Source of the DNA: Octopus bimaculoides
Taxonomy: Eukaryota
Direction: 5' to 3'
Assembly: GCF_001194135.2 (NCBI RefSeq)
Contig: NC_068997.1
Coordinates: 52,130,378 to 52,184,545 of the forward strand
Length of the DNA: 54,168 nucleotides
Shown: positions 34,531 through 46,861 of the stretch, one piece after another
Layout: every line of letters begins with the position of its first letter
How positions within the stretch are numbered: position 1 is the first letter of the stretch
Made by a program: the position numbers and the translations under genes
The notes under the pieces: generated by a model
What the model was told of the DNA's origin: nothing
Databases searched by the model: none
What the model saw: the letters and a program-made list of their open reading frames with translations, nothing else

Positions 34531-35704
34531 TAAATAGATACATACATACATATGAACTTACATAAACATATAGACAAAATGTGTGTTCGAATGTTATGCC
34601 TTCAACAACCTTAACTATGGAAGGACATCAATGGGAGATAATTAAAATATTTAACACGATAAACCAATACTATGAACAACCATAGATTCATGCTTCAAAG
34701 TAATAAGATTCGTAAAAGATGGAATTCACATGGGTCCGTGATCAGACCTGCTAGTTGCTAATATTTCAGATATGATAGCCAGGATATATAGTATATCATA
34801 TATGTTTTGTATTGTTGTTGAGCTAGAGCTCCACCTTGGCCCAGAGGATCTATGAGAAATGTATTCCAATCATGACCATCTCTGTTTAGCAGGCAGCACA
34901 TTTTAGCGAAATGTCCGAAGTACACCATAAATTAATAGTTTTCGATTTCGGAACAAGAACAGTAATTTTGAAGGGAGCGACAAATCGATATGATTGACAC
35001 CCACCCCCAGTCTGCCCGCTCACGACCTCAAAGGATTTGATCTGCCACTGCAGAGACTTAAAGCGATTCCCACGTTAAATAGTGGCTTCAGAGTTTTAGT
35101 CCAAGACCAGTGATTTCAGGTGCCGCAGGGTAGGAGTCGGAGCAGGGAGGCACGAGGTGGATCGGAGTGTCCGGAGTGTCCGGAGGGACCGAAGGCAAAC
35201 TTGGCCTCGACAGAATAAGAACTCGGAACCTTAAGAAACAGAAGAGAGACCGCTAAAGCATTTCGATTGACGCATAACTATTCTGACAGCTTACCGCCTC
35301 AGCAAAGCTGCCCTCGGAAGATTTGAACTTGGAGCCCAAAGATTTGAAGCCATTACCACAAAGTCGCAGCCACTTGGCTGAAACACATAAATAAATTAAT
35401 TAATTAAATAAAATAAATTAAAGAATAAATATCACCGAAAGGTAAGCAGAAACAATTTCAAGGGACGTAACTCTAATTAATTAAAAATGAGTTATGCCCC
35501 CTAGCACAGCAAACTATTCTAGAGAATTCACACACGCATTTTTGTAAAAGAAAAAAAAAAAATTTCTAGGCGGGAAATTTCAGTAATTTAATTTACTCTT
35601 TTAGTTGTTACAGTCATTTTGACTGCGGCTATGCTGGAGCACCGTTTCTTTTTTCACCTCGGATTCCTCCCTGGGTTTAAACGTGTCACGCACTTTTGGT
35701 ATCG

Positions 35705-35998
35705 AACCGATACTCCGTCAACAGTTTCAGTTGATCCGATGAACGGAACAGCCTGCTCATGAAATCAACATGCAAGCGGCTGAGTACTCCACAGGCACGC
35801 GTACCCTTCAAGGGAGATTCAGGGTGGCACAGAATGTGACAAAGCTGGTCCTTTGAAAAATAGATACCCCTTATTTTCGCTAGCTGAGTGGACTGGAGCA
35901 CCGTGGAAAAAAAGAAGTGTCTTGCAACGCCGGGAATTGAACTCACGACCTTACGATCGTGAGTCGAATGCCCCTAACCACTGAGCCACGTGGCCTCA
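35705..35998 (-). mobile_element. SINE family C, short variant
   Basis: Tail plus V-like middle plus tRNA head (gaggccacgtggctcagtggttagg). Confidence 0.8.
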
Positions 35999-36204
35999 CT
36001 TTAAAACCTTAAATCGTTTGTTAAATGGCTTATCAGAGTGAGGTGGGGGTTGTTTTCTGTTGTTATTTGCTTTTGATTGTTTTTTGTAGTTGCTTGGGAG
36101 GGGAGTTGTCGGGAGGCGGGGGATGGTCTCTACCCCCCAAACTGTGAAGAGTAATGGCGCTGAGTTCAACGGATTCAAGGCATTTCAGGTCAGCGATCCA
36201 AACA

Positions 36205-36300
36205 ATTATTTTCTCTTTCTTTTGCTTGGTTCAGTCATTGGACTGCGGCCATGCTGGGGCACCGCCTTCAAGAATTTTTTAGTCGAATGAATCGACAGCA
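36205..36300 (-). mobile_element. SINE family B, 3-prime end
   Basis: ttcagtcattggactgcggccatgctggggcaccgccttc. Confidence 0.7.
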
Positions 36301-37198
36301 GTACTTTTTTTTTTTTTTTTTTTTTTNNNNNNNNNNNNNNNNNNNNNNNNNNNNNNNNNNNNNNNNNNNNNNNNNNNNNNNNNNNNNNNNNNNNNNNNNN
36401 NNNNNNNNNNNNNNNNNNNNNNNNNNNNNNNNNNNNNNNNNNNNNNNNNNNNNNNNNNNNNNNNNNNNNNNNNNNNNNNNNNNNNNNNNNNNNNNNNNNN
36501 NNNNNNNNNNNNNNNNNNNNNNAAAAAAAAAAAAAAAACCGCATTTAAAAATTTTAATTTTCCCCTCCCCCATAATAGTTTTAAGGTTAGGGTTAGGGGG
36601 TATTATATTTTTTAAAAAACTGAAATTTTACAAAATTTTTATTTTTTCAGAATCATAATCAAAATTTCTGAAAAAATTGAAGAATTGGTGGTGGGGAGGA
36701 TTAAAATTTTAAAATGGCGTTCTTTCTTTTTTTTTTCTTTTTTTTTTTTTCTTTCAGATTCAGAATCTCCGTACTCGAATATGGGATATTCTATAAAAAA
36801 AACAAAAAAAAACCCCAAAGTGGTTGCGGTTCTTTACGTCCGCCTTAAATTTTTGGCCACACCACTACTTCTCTACAAATTAGGAACTTCAACGTAGAAA
36901 CTTCAAAAGAGTTTGAAATAATTTGTTTCTAACGATGGAACTCGATGCTCAAATTAGATAAGGCTATAAATGATAGTGTAAGAATAAAATGCTTAAAATC
37001 CCTGGGGATAAAACACGTCGAAGGCTTTGGTTTATATCTTTTTTTTCTTTCTGGGTCGCTAACATCTGAAGTTGTTCATGTGACCCTTATATTCAATGTC
37101 TGGCCACACCACTTCTCTACAGCTAACGTTAGATATGTACTTAGGATAATTTATAGCAATGGCAGACATAAGATATGAAAGAGAGAAACCAGTCTTAC

Positions 37199-37229
37199 GT
37201 GAATCCATTGTAACTTGACGTTTTGCAAC
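37199..37229 (-). CDS. Candidate 31-nt exon (phase 0 to 1): VAKRQVTMDS
   Basis: Acceptor catcttattcgtgtcgtag and donor AC|gtaaga; supplies the phase-1 exit needed by the microexon model. Short, so could be chance. Confidence 0.3.
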
Positions 37230-37559
37230 CTACGACACGAATAAGATGCTATTGCGTCGTGAAGTCATGAATTGTTCGATATTGTGACGTTTGTAGCTCG
37301 AGAAGATTCTAATCTGTTCTATACAATTGGGTTTCATATGAATAAACATCTATACTCACGCATTTATATAGATATATATATATATACATACATACAAAGA
37401 GAGAGCCATATATTCATGCATATATACATACATAAACATACATATATATACGTAGAGACACACATATGCACACATACATAAGCACATACATACATACATA
37501 CATACATACATACATGTATACATATATATAACCTAAATGATGACCTACAAAATTCCACA

Positions 37560-37740
37560 AAAAGCACAAGGCCTGAAATTTGGGAGGAGAGGTTAAGTCG
37601 ATTAGATCAACTCCAGTATGCAACTGGTACTTAATTTATCGTCCCCGAAAGGACGAAAGGCAAAGTCGACCTCGGTGGAATTTGAACTCAGAACGTAAAG
37701 ATAGACGAAGCATTTCGCCCAGCTTGCTAACGTTTCCGCT
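37560..37740 (-). mobile_element. SINE family A
   Basis: Reverse complement of the consensus. Confidence 0.8.
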
Positions 37741-37934
37741 GGAAAAGAAGAAACCAAGAATAAACAATATAATAATTAAAATAATCGTGAAGATGACCAA
37801 AGTAAATTTTCTGATGTAGATCACGCGCCAAAGTAGCACAAGCATGAAGTAAACTAAAAAGTAATCGCCCTGTTATTTGTAGATCACGCGCCAAAGTAGC
37901 ACTTGTTTACCTTTTTCACGTAAATGCTAGCACA

Positions 37935-38195
37935 CGATCATAAGGTTGTGAGTTCAATTCCTGGCGACGTGTTGTGTCCTTGAGCAAGACACTTTATTTC
38001 CCATTGCTCCTGTCTACTCAGCTGGCGAAACTGAGTTGTACCAGTAATTGCAAAGGGCCAACATTGTTACAGTGTGTGTCGCACTGAATCTCCCTGAGAA
38101 CTATGTTAAGTGTACGCATCTCCGTGGGGTGCTCAGCCACTTGCACAAGCTGTTCCGTTGATCGGATCAACCGGAACACTTGTTGTCCTAACCGA
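37935..38195 (+). mobile_element. SINE family C, short variant
   Basis: gtgtccttgagcaagacactttatttc...ctgaatctccctgagaactatgttaag. Confidence 0.8.
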
Positions 38196-38833
38196 CAGAG
38201 AACCAGGCTGGCGTACTGCATTCTCCACAGAGAAGATAAATTATCTATTAACTTCTTCTTTGTAGAGAGATGGTCCTCAAAAGCTTAGAGTTTGTTGCTA
38301 GATTCAGTTTTATACAGATGCAGCTCTCTCGATATTATTAAAGTTAGGTGCAGGGAGAATGTTTCAGCTTTCATGTGAGACAGGTGAATAAATAAATATG
38401 AGAAGCGAAGGCTTGATGGCGAAAAACTTAATAATAATGGTTATCGGAAATTCAAATAATGTCTGGATTAAAAAAGCAAGACAACAAAGAATCGCGAGTT
38501 GCTGGAAAATCTCATTTATTTGATAAATATTAAATTCCGAGCTTTGAAAATGACCGTTCAAAACCACAGTTGTGTTGATGAAATAAATAAATAAATACAT
38601 AGACAGACAAACAGACAGATATATAGAGAGAAATGTGAACTTATTTCTACACTTGAAAAGAATATTCAATATGGTTATTTATTATTTGTCAACAAGACAA
38701 AAGTGCCACATTAGCTTGAATCATCATCATTATTATCATCATCGATTAACGTCTGTTTTCCATGCTTGCGTGGTGTGTTAAAAAAGGGAGCAATATTCGT
38801 TCCCCGCATGTATGTATGTATGAATGTATATAC

Positions 38834-39064
38834 CCACATATACACAGTAAGTATTTTTAAAGACATTTGGTGTTTATGTTGTTCATATTCTGTATCTAAC
38901 TGTTTTTGTGTCATTCTAACTTCTTTGGAATGTCCATGGAACCGCAGACACATAATTTTGCCTATCAATTGTTCGTTTAATTTCCGAAAAGTGGCAAATC
39001 TTAGTTCATCTTCGTCCTCTTCATTTTCTTTGGTATTTTTCTGAAGAGGAATTTCATTGTCCAT
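38834..39064 (-). CDS. Candidate first coding exon of the minus-strand gene: MDNEIPLQKNTKENEEDEDELRFATFRKLNEQLIGKIMCLRFHGHSKEVRMTQKQLDTEYEQHKHQMSLKILT(VYMW)
   Basis: ATG in caaaATGg context with an upstream in-frame TGA just after an acceptor (exon start 39100); more than 70 open codons. Donor uncertain (38846 or 38834, both phase 0). Confidence 0.5.
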
Positions 39065-39404
39065 TTTGAAGAAATAGCTGTTCTTCCACAACCATTTTCA
39101 CTGTTTTATATTAAGTCTTCAGTCTTTTTGTTCTTTTTTATCGCTTTCTGTTTTTCTTTTTCTTTGTTTCTTGTTTTCATCTATTATTGATATTTCTTCC
39201 TAATGAGGGTGCGATGCTGCAATTTGCATTATTAGTGGAACGAGGTTTTTGTCCTATTCCTAATCTTGGGCACACATGTATTTCAGATGCCACTCCAGGG
39301 TTTTGGCTAATGGCAATATGGAAACAGACGTCTGGTGTTCTTGTAATTACATTTGCTGTTCTTTATTTCCCTTTCTCTTTTATTCTATTTATTTATTCGT
39401 AAAG

Positions 39405-39625
39405 TCATGAGTTCGATTCCCGGCAGCGCATTGCGTTCTTAAGCAAGACACTTTATTTCCCATTGCTCCAGTCAACTCAACTAGCAAACATGAGTAGTAC
39501 CTGTAATTTTCAAAGGGCCGGCCTTTTCACACTCTGTGTCACACTGAAACTCGCTCAGAACTACGTTAAGGGTACGCATGTCTGTGGACTACTCAGCCAC
39601 GTCCAAGTTAATTTTATGAGCAGAC
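39405..39625 (+). mobile_element. SINE family C, short variant
   Basis: gagttcgattcccggcagcgc...agcaagacactttatttcc...agaactacgttaagggtacgc. Confidence 0.8.
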
Positions 39626-40085
39626 TGAGTCTTAATTATCTCCAAAATTACTTATTTGAGTTTTTGAGACATTTTCTTCTCTTGACTCTTTGCTAAGCTG
39701 TTTATTTTCTCCTTCCTTTTGTATATTTAGTTGTGCTTTGAGTTCTGTTATTTTCTTTTTCTTTGTTTCGTTTTCTTTTTTTTTTCTTTCACTATTCAAG
39801 CGTTTTGTTTTGTAGCATAAGAATGCTCGGTAGCCATTTTAGATGTGAAAACGTAAGGCACGTAAATAAAAATTTTCGTCGTTTCTGCAGCAAACCTTAT
39901 CTTGTTTTTTTGCTTGTTTGTTTTTTCCTCAACCCCTGGGGATCAGGGGCAGTCCATCCTTAGATAATTGTAGTTCTTTTCTTTGAATACTCAAGAGAAA
40001 ATTTCATTTGGTAATGCTTGGATAAATCGTATCTCGAAGGGAGAAGCAAAAACAATGCCTTCACACAATGAGACTCAATAATAAT

Positions 40086-40129
<44 letters not shown>

Positions 40130-40149
40130 TGATGATGATAATATATATT

Positions 40150-40304
40150 TCTTAGAGGAAATGGGCATAAAACCGCAGTTTAGTACAGCTCCAGAAAACA
40201 GTGTTATTAGGAACAGCTAGGATACTTAGGAGGGTTTTTGGTATCTAAGGTTACTTCTTGTAGCCTGATGTTAGGATTTTTTTCTTTTCCAACAGTCTAA
40301 TCTG
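40150..40304 (+). mobile_element. 3-prime end of an R4/Dong-like RLE LINE embedded in (AAT)n
   Basis: LQKTVLLGTARILRRVFGI-stop is the typical ORF end of these elements; short 3-prime UTR; (AAT)n on both flanks. Confidence 0.7.
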
Positions 40305-40363
40305 AATAATAATAATAATAACAACATTATAAATGCTCTCTCTCTCTCTCTCTCCCTTCTTTC

Positions 40364-40394
<31 letters not shown>

Positions 40395-40576
40395 TCTTTC
40401 TCTCTCTCTCCGTAGAAATAAAGCTGGTTGGCGTGTGTTAGATGTTCTGCGGATATTAACTGCGGGATTAAACTGTTTAATGTTGTGTAACAGTAAGACT
40501 GCTGGGTTACCGGAAGAGGAAGTCAGACTTTACCTAAAATACACACTAAATGAAGCTGAACTTTAAGAGTAAGGAA

Positions 40577-40614
<38 letters not shown>

Positions 40615-40865
40615 ACATACAAACACAAATATACACACGAACACACACATGCACACACACGAACACATACAAACACACACATACACACACACATATATAC
40701 ACACAAACATATTAGAGGTGGGTATGAATGGTGATAGGGGTGGTATTGTGGTTAAGATAATGGTGGTAATGAGATTGAATGGTGGTGCTGGTTGTGGTTA
40801 TGGTTATGGAGGTGGAGGTGGCGGCGGCAGTGGTGGCGGCGGCAGTGGTGGCGGTGGTTTGCCAT

Positions 40866-41410
40866 GTGTCCAAAACATGTAAATCATGGTGTTTGGAGTA
40901 ACCATTAGTGATGGCAACGTTATGCCTCCATTTTCCCACACGGCTTCGGACTCAACACGAAGGCCTACATCAAGCGCCAGGAGGAGGTAGTGCTGCCCTG
41001 GGTCAAGAGAATGGCTTCTGGAAGACCCTATGTCTCGCAACAGGACTCTGCACCAAGCCACACAAGCAGGAGAACCCAGTCATGGCTGTCAGACGATTTC
41101 TACAACCGTATCACCCCTAACATCTGGCCACCTAACTCCCCAGACTGTAACCCCCTTGATTATAATGTGTGGGGCGCAGTTGAACGAGAGACCAACACAA
41201 CTCCTTTATAACACCAAAGATGAACTGAAGGCAAAGATTATGGCAGCATTCACCAACGTAAACAAGGAGGCTGACCAGAAGAGTTGCAGAAGATTCCGAA
41301 GTCGTCTGGAGGCTGTGGTTGAAGCCAATGGCGATTTTATTGAATCAATTTACTCTTTAGTATTTCAAGACATTTTTATGTAATTTTGGTAAATATATCT
41401 GTTAAAATGA
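40866..41410 (+). mobile_element. 3-prime fragment of a Tc1/mariner-superfamily DD37D (maT-type) transposase, frameshifted
   Basis: VLPWVKRMASGRPYVSQQDSAPSH...WPPNSPDCNPLDYNVWGAVE...FRSRLEAVVEANGDFIE; 37 residues between the second and third catalytic D; no TIR seen. Confidence 0.9.
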
Positions 41411-43051
41411 GCATGCGCGCGTGTACGAGTGTGTATTTTTGTGTGTTTGTTTTTATGATCAGTTATAATTAAGACAATTTCCCATTAATCTAATGGGTTG
41501 CTCTATACTTTTGTAGAGTTCAAATTTAATATTTTTAGACAAGAAAAATAATGACTGTAACTTCGAATTTTCGGCCAAGTAAGCTACCATCCAACGATGG
41601 CTTAGCTGGCCAAAACTTCGAAGTCACTATCGATGATATTGTTATGTGTGCGTGTGGGCGCGCCTATGTACGTTTGTGTATTTGTGTGTAAAGTTATGTA
41701 GATTTGTATATGTATATGTATATTTGTATGTGTGTGCGCGTGTGTATGTACTTATAAATGCACAATATTTGTATATATGTGTGTGTATGAATATATTTTT
41801 TCCTGTGAATGTATACGTAGGAAATCAAAAAGGAGCAACAAAGATAGGGTTTACACACACACACACACACATATATATATGCACACATACACATGTTATT
41901 AAGCCCCTCCTCTCTCTCTCTCTCTCTCCCCCCCCCNNNNNNNNNNCGTCTTCCACTCACCCCCAACATATTTTTTTCACTATTCAATTCACTTAGGGTA
42001 TGTAAAAGAACTTGATAATCCAAAACGGAACCATTCTCAAGAGAATATATATGCCTACATATATATATATGTATATATATATATATGTGTGTGTGTATAT
42101 ATATGTATATATATAAATATATATATATATAAATATATATATATATAAATATATATATATATAGCTATATATATAAATATATATATGTATATATNNNNNN
42201 NNNNNNNNNNNNNNNNNNNNNNNNNNNNNNNNNNNNNNNNNNNNNNNNNNNNNNNNNNNNNNNNNNNNNNNNNNNNNNNNNNNNNNNNNNNNNNNNNNNN
42301 NNNNNNNNNNNNNNNNNNNNNNNNNNNNNNNNNNNNNNNNNNNNNNNNNNNNNNNNNNNNNNNNNNNNNNNNNNNNNNNNNNNNNNNNNNNNNNNNNNNN
42401 NNNNNNNNNNNNNNNNNNNNNNNNNNNNNNNNNNNNNNNNNNNNNNNNNNNNNNNNNNNNNNNNNNNNNNNNNNNNNNNNNNNNNNNNNNNNNNNNNNNN
42501 NNNNNNNNNNNNNNNNNNNNNNNNNNNNNNNNNNNNNNNNNNNNNNNNNNNNNNNNNNNNNNNNNNNNNNNNNNNNNNNNNNNNNNNNNNNNNNNNNNNN
42601 NNNNNNNNNNNNNNNNNNNNNNNNNNNNNNNNNNNNNNNNNNNNNNNNNNNNNNNNNNNNNNNNNNNNNNNNNNNNNNNNNNNNNNNNNNNNNNNNNNNN
42701 NNNNNNNNNNNNNNNNNNNNNNNNNNNNNNNNNNNNNNNNNNNNNNNNNNNNNNNNNNNNNNNNNNNNNNNNNNNNNNNNNNNNNNNNNNNNNNNNNNNN
42801 NNNNNNNNNNNNNNNNNNNNNNNNNNNNNNNNNNNNNNNNNNNNNNNNNNNNNNNNNNNNNNNNNNNNNNNNNNNNNNNNNNNNNNNNNNNNNNNNNNNN
42901 NNNNNNNNNNNNNNNNNNNNNNNNNNNNNNNNNNNNNNNNNNNNNNNNNNNNNNNNNNNNNNNNNNNNNNNNNNNNNNNNNNNNNNNNNNNNNNNNNNNN
43001 NNNNNNNNNNNNNNNNNNNNNNNNNNNNNNNNNNNNNNNNNNNNNNNNNNN

Positions 43052-43092
<41 letters not shown>

Positions 43093-43110
43093 ATATATAT
43101 ATATATATAT

Positions 43111-43275
43111 AGGCGCAGGTGAGGCTGTGTGGTAAGTAGCTTGCTTACCAACCACATGGTTCCGGGTTCAGTCCCACTGTGTGTCACCTTGGGCAAGTTC
43201 CTTTTGCTATAGCTTCGGGCCGACCAGAGCCATGTGAGAGGATTTGGTAGACGGAAACTGACAGAAGCCCATCGT
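43111..43275 (+). mobile_element. SINE family B, 5-prime module
   Basis: Match to the family consensus. Confidence 0.85.
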
Positions 43276-43758
43276 ATTTAAACCTGAGAAAAGTCTTGCA
43301 TATTTTTAGTGTTCCACATACAAATTGTATCTGCAAGGTGCGAGTTTTTGGGTTGATTTTCTAGAAAATCCGAGCTCATCTGGATGTCATTTAGGCATTG
43401 ACTCACAAAACAGTGCACAAATTATCATTGATATAATTGTGAATTTATGATCTGGATATAAAAGCTGTACGTACGTATGTATGTATGTATGTATGTATGT
43501 ATGTATGTATGTGTGAGTGTGTAAGTATTTCATTGTTCAGTTTTATTTCAAGATTTCTTGCCAATAGAAAACGAACCGGTTTCTTACCTAGATCCAAAGC
43601 TTCTTTATTGGAATTTCGACATCAACAACAGGGTATTTTTGCTTGTTATGTATGTATTTATGTATGCATTATGTATGTATACATGTAGATTTGTATGTTT
43701 TGTTTTATGTATGTATTCTCATGCATATAGCTACATATCTAGACATGCTCATATATAC

Positions 43759-44005
43759 TTAAATGATAAACTTCTGGAAAGTTTTACAGATTTTTACAGT
43801 TCCAGTGATGGATTGGGTCTGTAGTCTTTGAATTTGCTTTCTCCTTTCTGGTTTTGAGAAACCTAATTTCTCAAGATTAGTATTTAGATAGTGTGTTACA
43901 TATCCCAGGGCCCCAATAATTACAGGTATAAACTTGAATTTGTAATCTGGATAGAGTAACTGCAGATTTCTCAATAGTACAGCATAAGTGTTCTCTTTTT
44001 CACTC
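43759..44005 (-). mobile_element. C-terminal fragment of a second RLE-type LINE family
   Basis: YAVLLRNLQLLYPDYKFKFIPVIIGALGYVT...KICKTFQKFII-stop; PVIIGALG is the motif ending the RLE domain. Confidence 0.7.
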
Positions 44006-44534
44006 ATCTTCGTACGTACGTATGTGTGCATCTATGTATGTATCTAGGCATCTCAGAATGTATATAAGCATATATGTAAGTACGCATGAGCGCATGTGAG
44101 TATGTAAACATACATGTATGTACGATGTTGCATACGTTTAAATTGAATCGCTCGCGATATATATATATATATATTTACCTTTGGGATAATCTAAAAGAAA
44201 TGGTTTATATGTGTATGTATGATGTGTATGTGTGTTTCTTTGTATGTTTAAGCGTGTGTATGTGTGTGCAGATTTATGTGCCTATACGTCTATATATTTA
44301 TGTGCGTGTGTGATGCGCTATGCATGTAGATAATTTTGTATGTGTGTATTTATGTGTGTGAGTGTGTGTGTAGATGTATGAGACCAGTTAGTAACCAGAC
44401 CCACCAACCCCTTAACCCAAATACCACGGTTCCAACATCTGTTTCTGCTGCTTTGGTTATGTAGAATGTGTTGATGGAATAACAATTGACTGGCTGAGTA
44501 TTCGACATCCTGACATATTCCGTGTGTACATGCA

Positions 44535-44571
<37 letters not shown>

Positions 44572-44778
44572 GTGCGTGTGTTTGCGCGTGCGTTGTTTGT
44601 TCTGTCAACAAGGTAGAGATTGCAACGATTTCAATGTAATAACAATTAACTGCTAAACAGCTTTTTCAAATGCCATGTCGTCTGTACACACATGCTCACG
44701 CACACACAGAAATACGCGCCAGCACATGCGCACACACATTTGTATATGTGTATGTATATATACATGTGTGTGTGTGTG

Positions 44779-44824
<46 letters not shown>

Positions 44825-44850
44825 CATACATATATATATATACATATATG

Positions 44851-44920
<70 letters not shown>

Positions 44921-45564
44921 CATACATATACACGCACAGCACATGTTCTTATACACACACACATACACACATATATATACATACGTAGATAATACTTACA
45001 TACACACACACACAGATACACAGACACACACAAACAAACGTACGTCTACCGACTCACACATACACATACTTATGGTTATTTTTATTTTTTGTTTTCCTTA
45101 TTCTTCAAATTCTTCCTATGAAGAAGCTTGCTTCTTAGAAAGTTAACCGCCTTCAACCAATTTAGATTATAAACAGTAAAAAATGTTACATGTTTCAGAA
45201 AAGTCTTGCATATATTCACTCTTCCACTTACGAATTCACATACGTATATATGATACAAATTAATAGCCGCTTTCTTTTTTCTCAAAATCCAAGATTTAGC
45301 AGACGATAACTAAAATACTTTATAAGGATACAAACGCGAATTAATAATTTGAGTAGAATAATTGTAAGTTTCCAAGCAGTTGACCTAAAATATAATTGTT
45401 TTCGGTCATTTTTAGAAGGCATGGTCAGATGGCCATATTCTACATTTTGCATTTAATGTAATGCTCGTATTACTTAAATAAATGGAGTAACATGAAACGT
45501 GTGTACTGCAATAACCTTTAAAATCCGTGTTGCTTTTTTGATTTTATATATATATATATATGTA

Positions 45565-45602
<38 letters not shown>

Positions 45603-45689
45603 TTTGAAGAATGCAGAATAAATGATAATCAGATGGGGCAATGTCCAGCGAATATTGAAACTGCTCCAGTCTTTGGAATGTCGTCCTTG

Positions 45690-45860
45690 GTGTATGTGTA
45701 CCAAATCCTCTCTCAGGGCTTTGGACAGCCCGAGGCTACTGTAGAAGACACTTGCCCAAGGTGCCACACAGTGGGACTGAACCCGGAACCATGTGGTTGG
45801 TAAGCAAGCTACTTACCACACCACCACTCCTGCGCCTAGCTACTTACCACACAGCCACTC
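45690..45860 (-). mobile_element. SINE family B, 5-prime module with duplicated head
   Basis: gctacttaccacac occurs twice (about 45808 and 45839). Confidence 0.8.
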
Positions 45861-45864
45861 TTGC

Positions 45865-45948
<84 letters not shown>

Positions 45949-46778
45949 GTATGTATACATAAAATTATATTTACATATATATAATATTAATATTTATTTT
46001 TAATATTCTTTATTAATTTTTAATATTTATAGGTTTATGTGTGTGCACATACATACATGCATGCATACATAATCAAATAGTGATAGATACGAGTTTAACC
46101 AGTCCATTTAGTTTCCGATGTTATATTAATGTGTGCGTATATATACGTATATATTTTGATATTTATGTGTGTATATATACGTATATATTTTGATATTTAT
46201 GTGTGTATGTGTGTGTATATATACATACTCATATATATTCACAAAAATTCATACTCATACGCAAACGTGCATGTATGCACGTGTGCGTATGAATGTGTGT
46301 ATATGCGTGCCTGTGTTTGAATACACACACAAACACGTATGCAATATATAAATATAAACAAGTATGCGTTCTATACATCCATATTAAACACTTGAAGCTT
46401 TCCCAGACAATCGATAAAATACGATTGCCATAATGGTAATTAATATAGAACATCAAAGAATGTTCATTTGATCGATTAGTTTTCAATTCTGAGCAGTCTT
46501 AGAGTCTTAGCAACAGTGGCTGCTTCTAAGAAAACGCCTACTTTGATCTAAGTACATACATACCTGTTGTCTGATAGCTCAGATCTTTATATGCTAACAA
46601 ATATTAAATGTCGTCTGTTTGTTTGAAATAGTCATCTTCTGGCGGCCATTAATCGCTGGCATTCATTCACTGTAATGTCTTGTTTATACTTTCATCAATT
46701 TGTTATATGTTTCACAATCATTCGTTTAAATTCCTGTGGCCGATTCACTGATCGTTCGGCGAACAATGTGTTTTGTGC

Positions 46779-46819
<41 letters not shown>

Positions 46820-46829
46820 NNNNNNNNNN

Positions 46830-46861
<32 letters not shown>

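Noticed and set aside
36587-36598. TTAGGG x2, telomere-like
   Set aside because: Only two units in homopolymer-rich, low-quality-looking sequence beside a gap
37815-37905. Two 25-bp direct repeats (tgtagatcacgcgccaaagtagcac) with a ~38-nt spacer, CRISPR-like spacing
   Set aside because: Only two units, eukaryotic context, no cas genes; a simple local duplication
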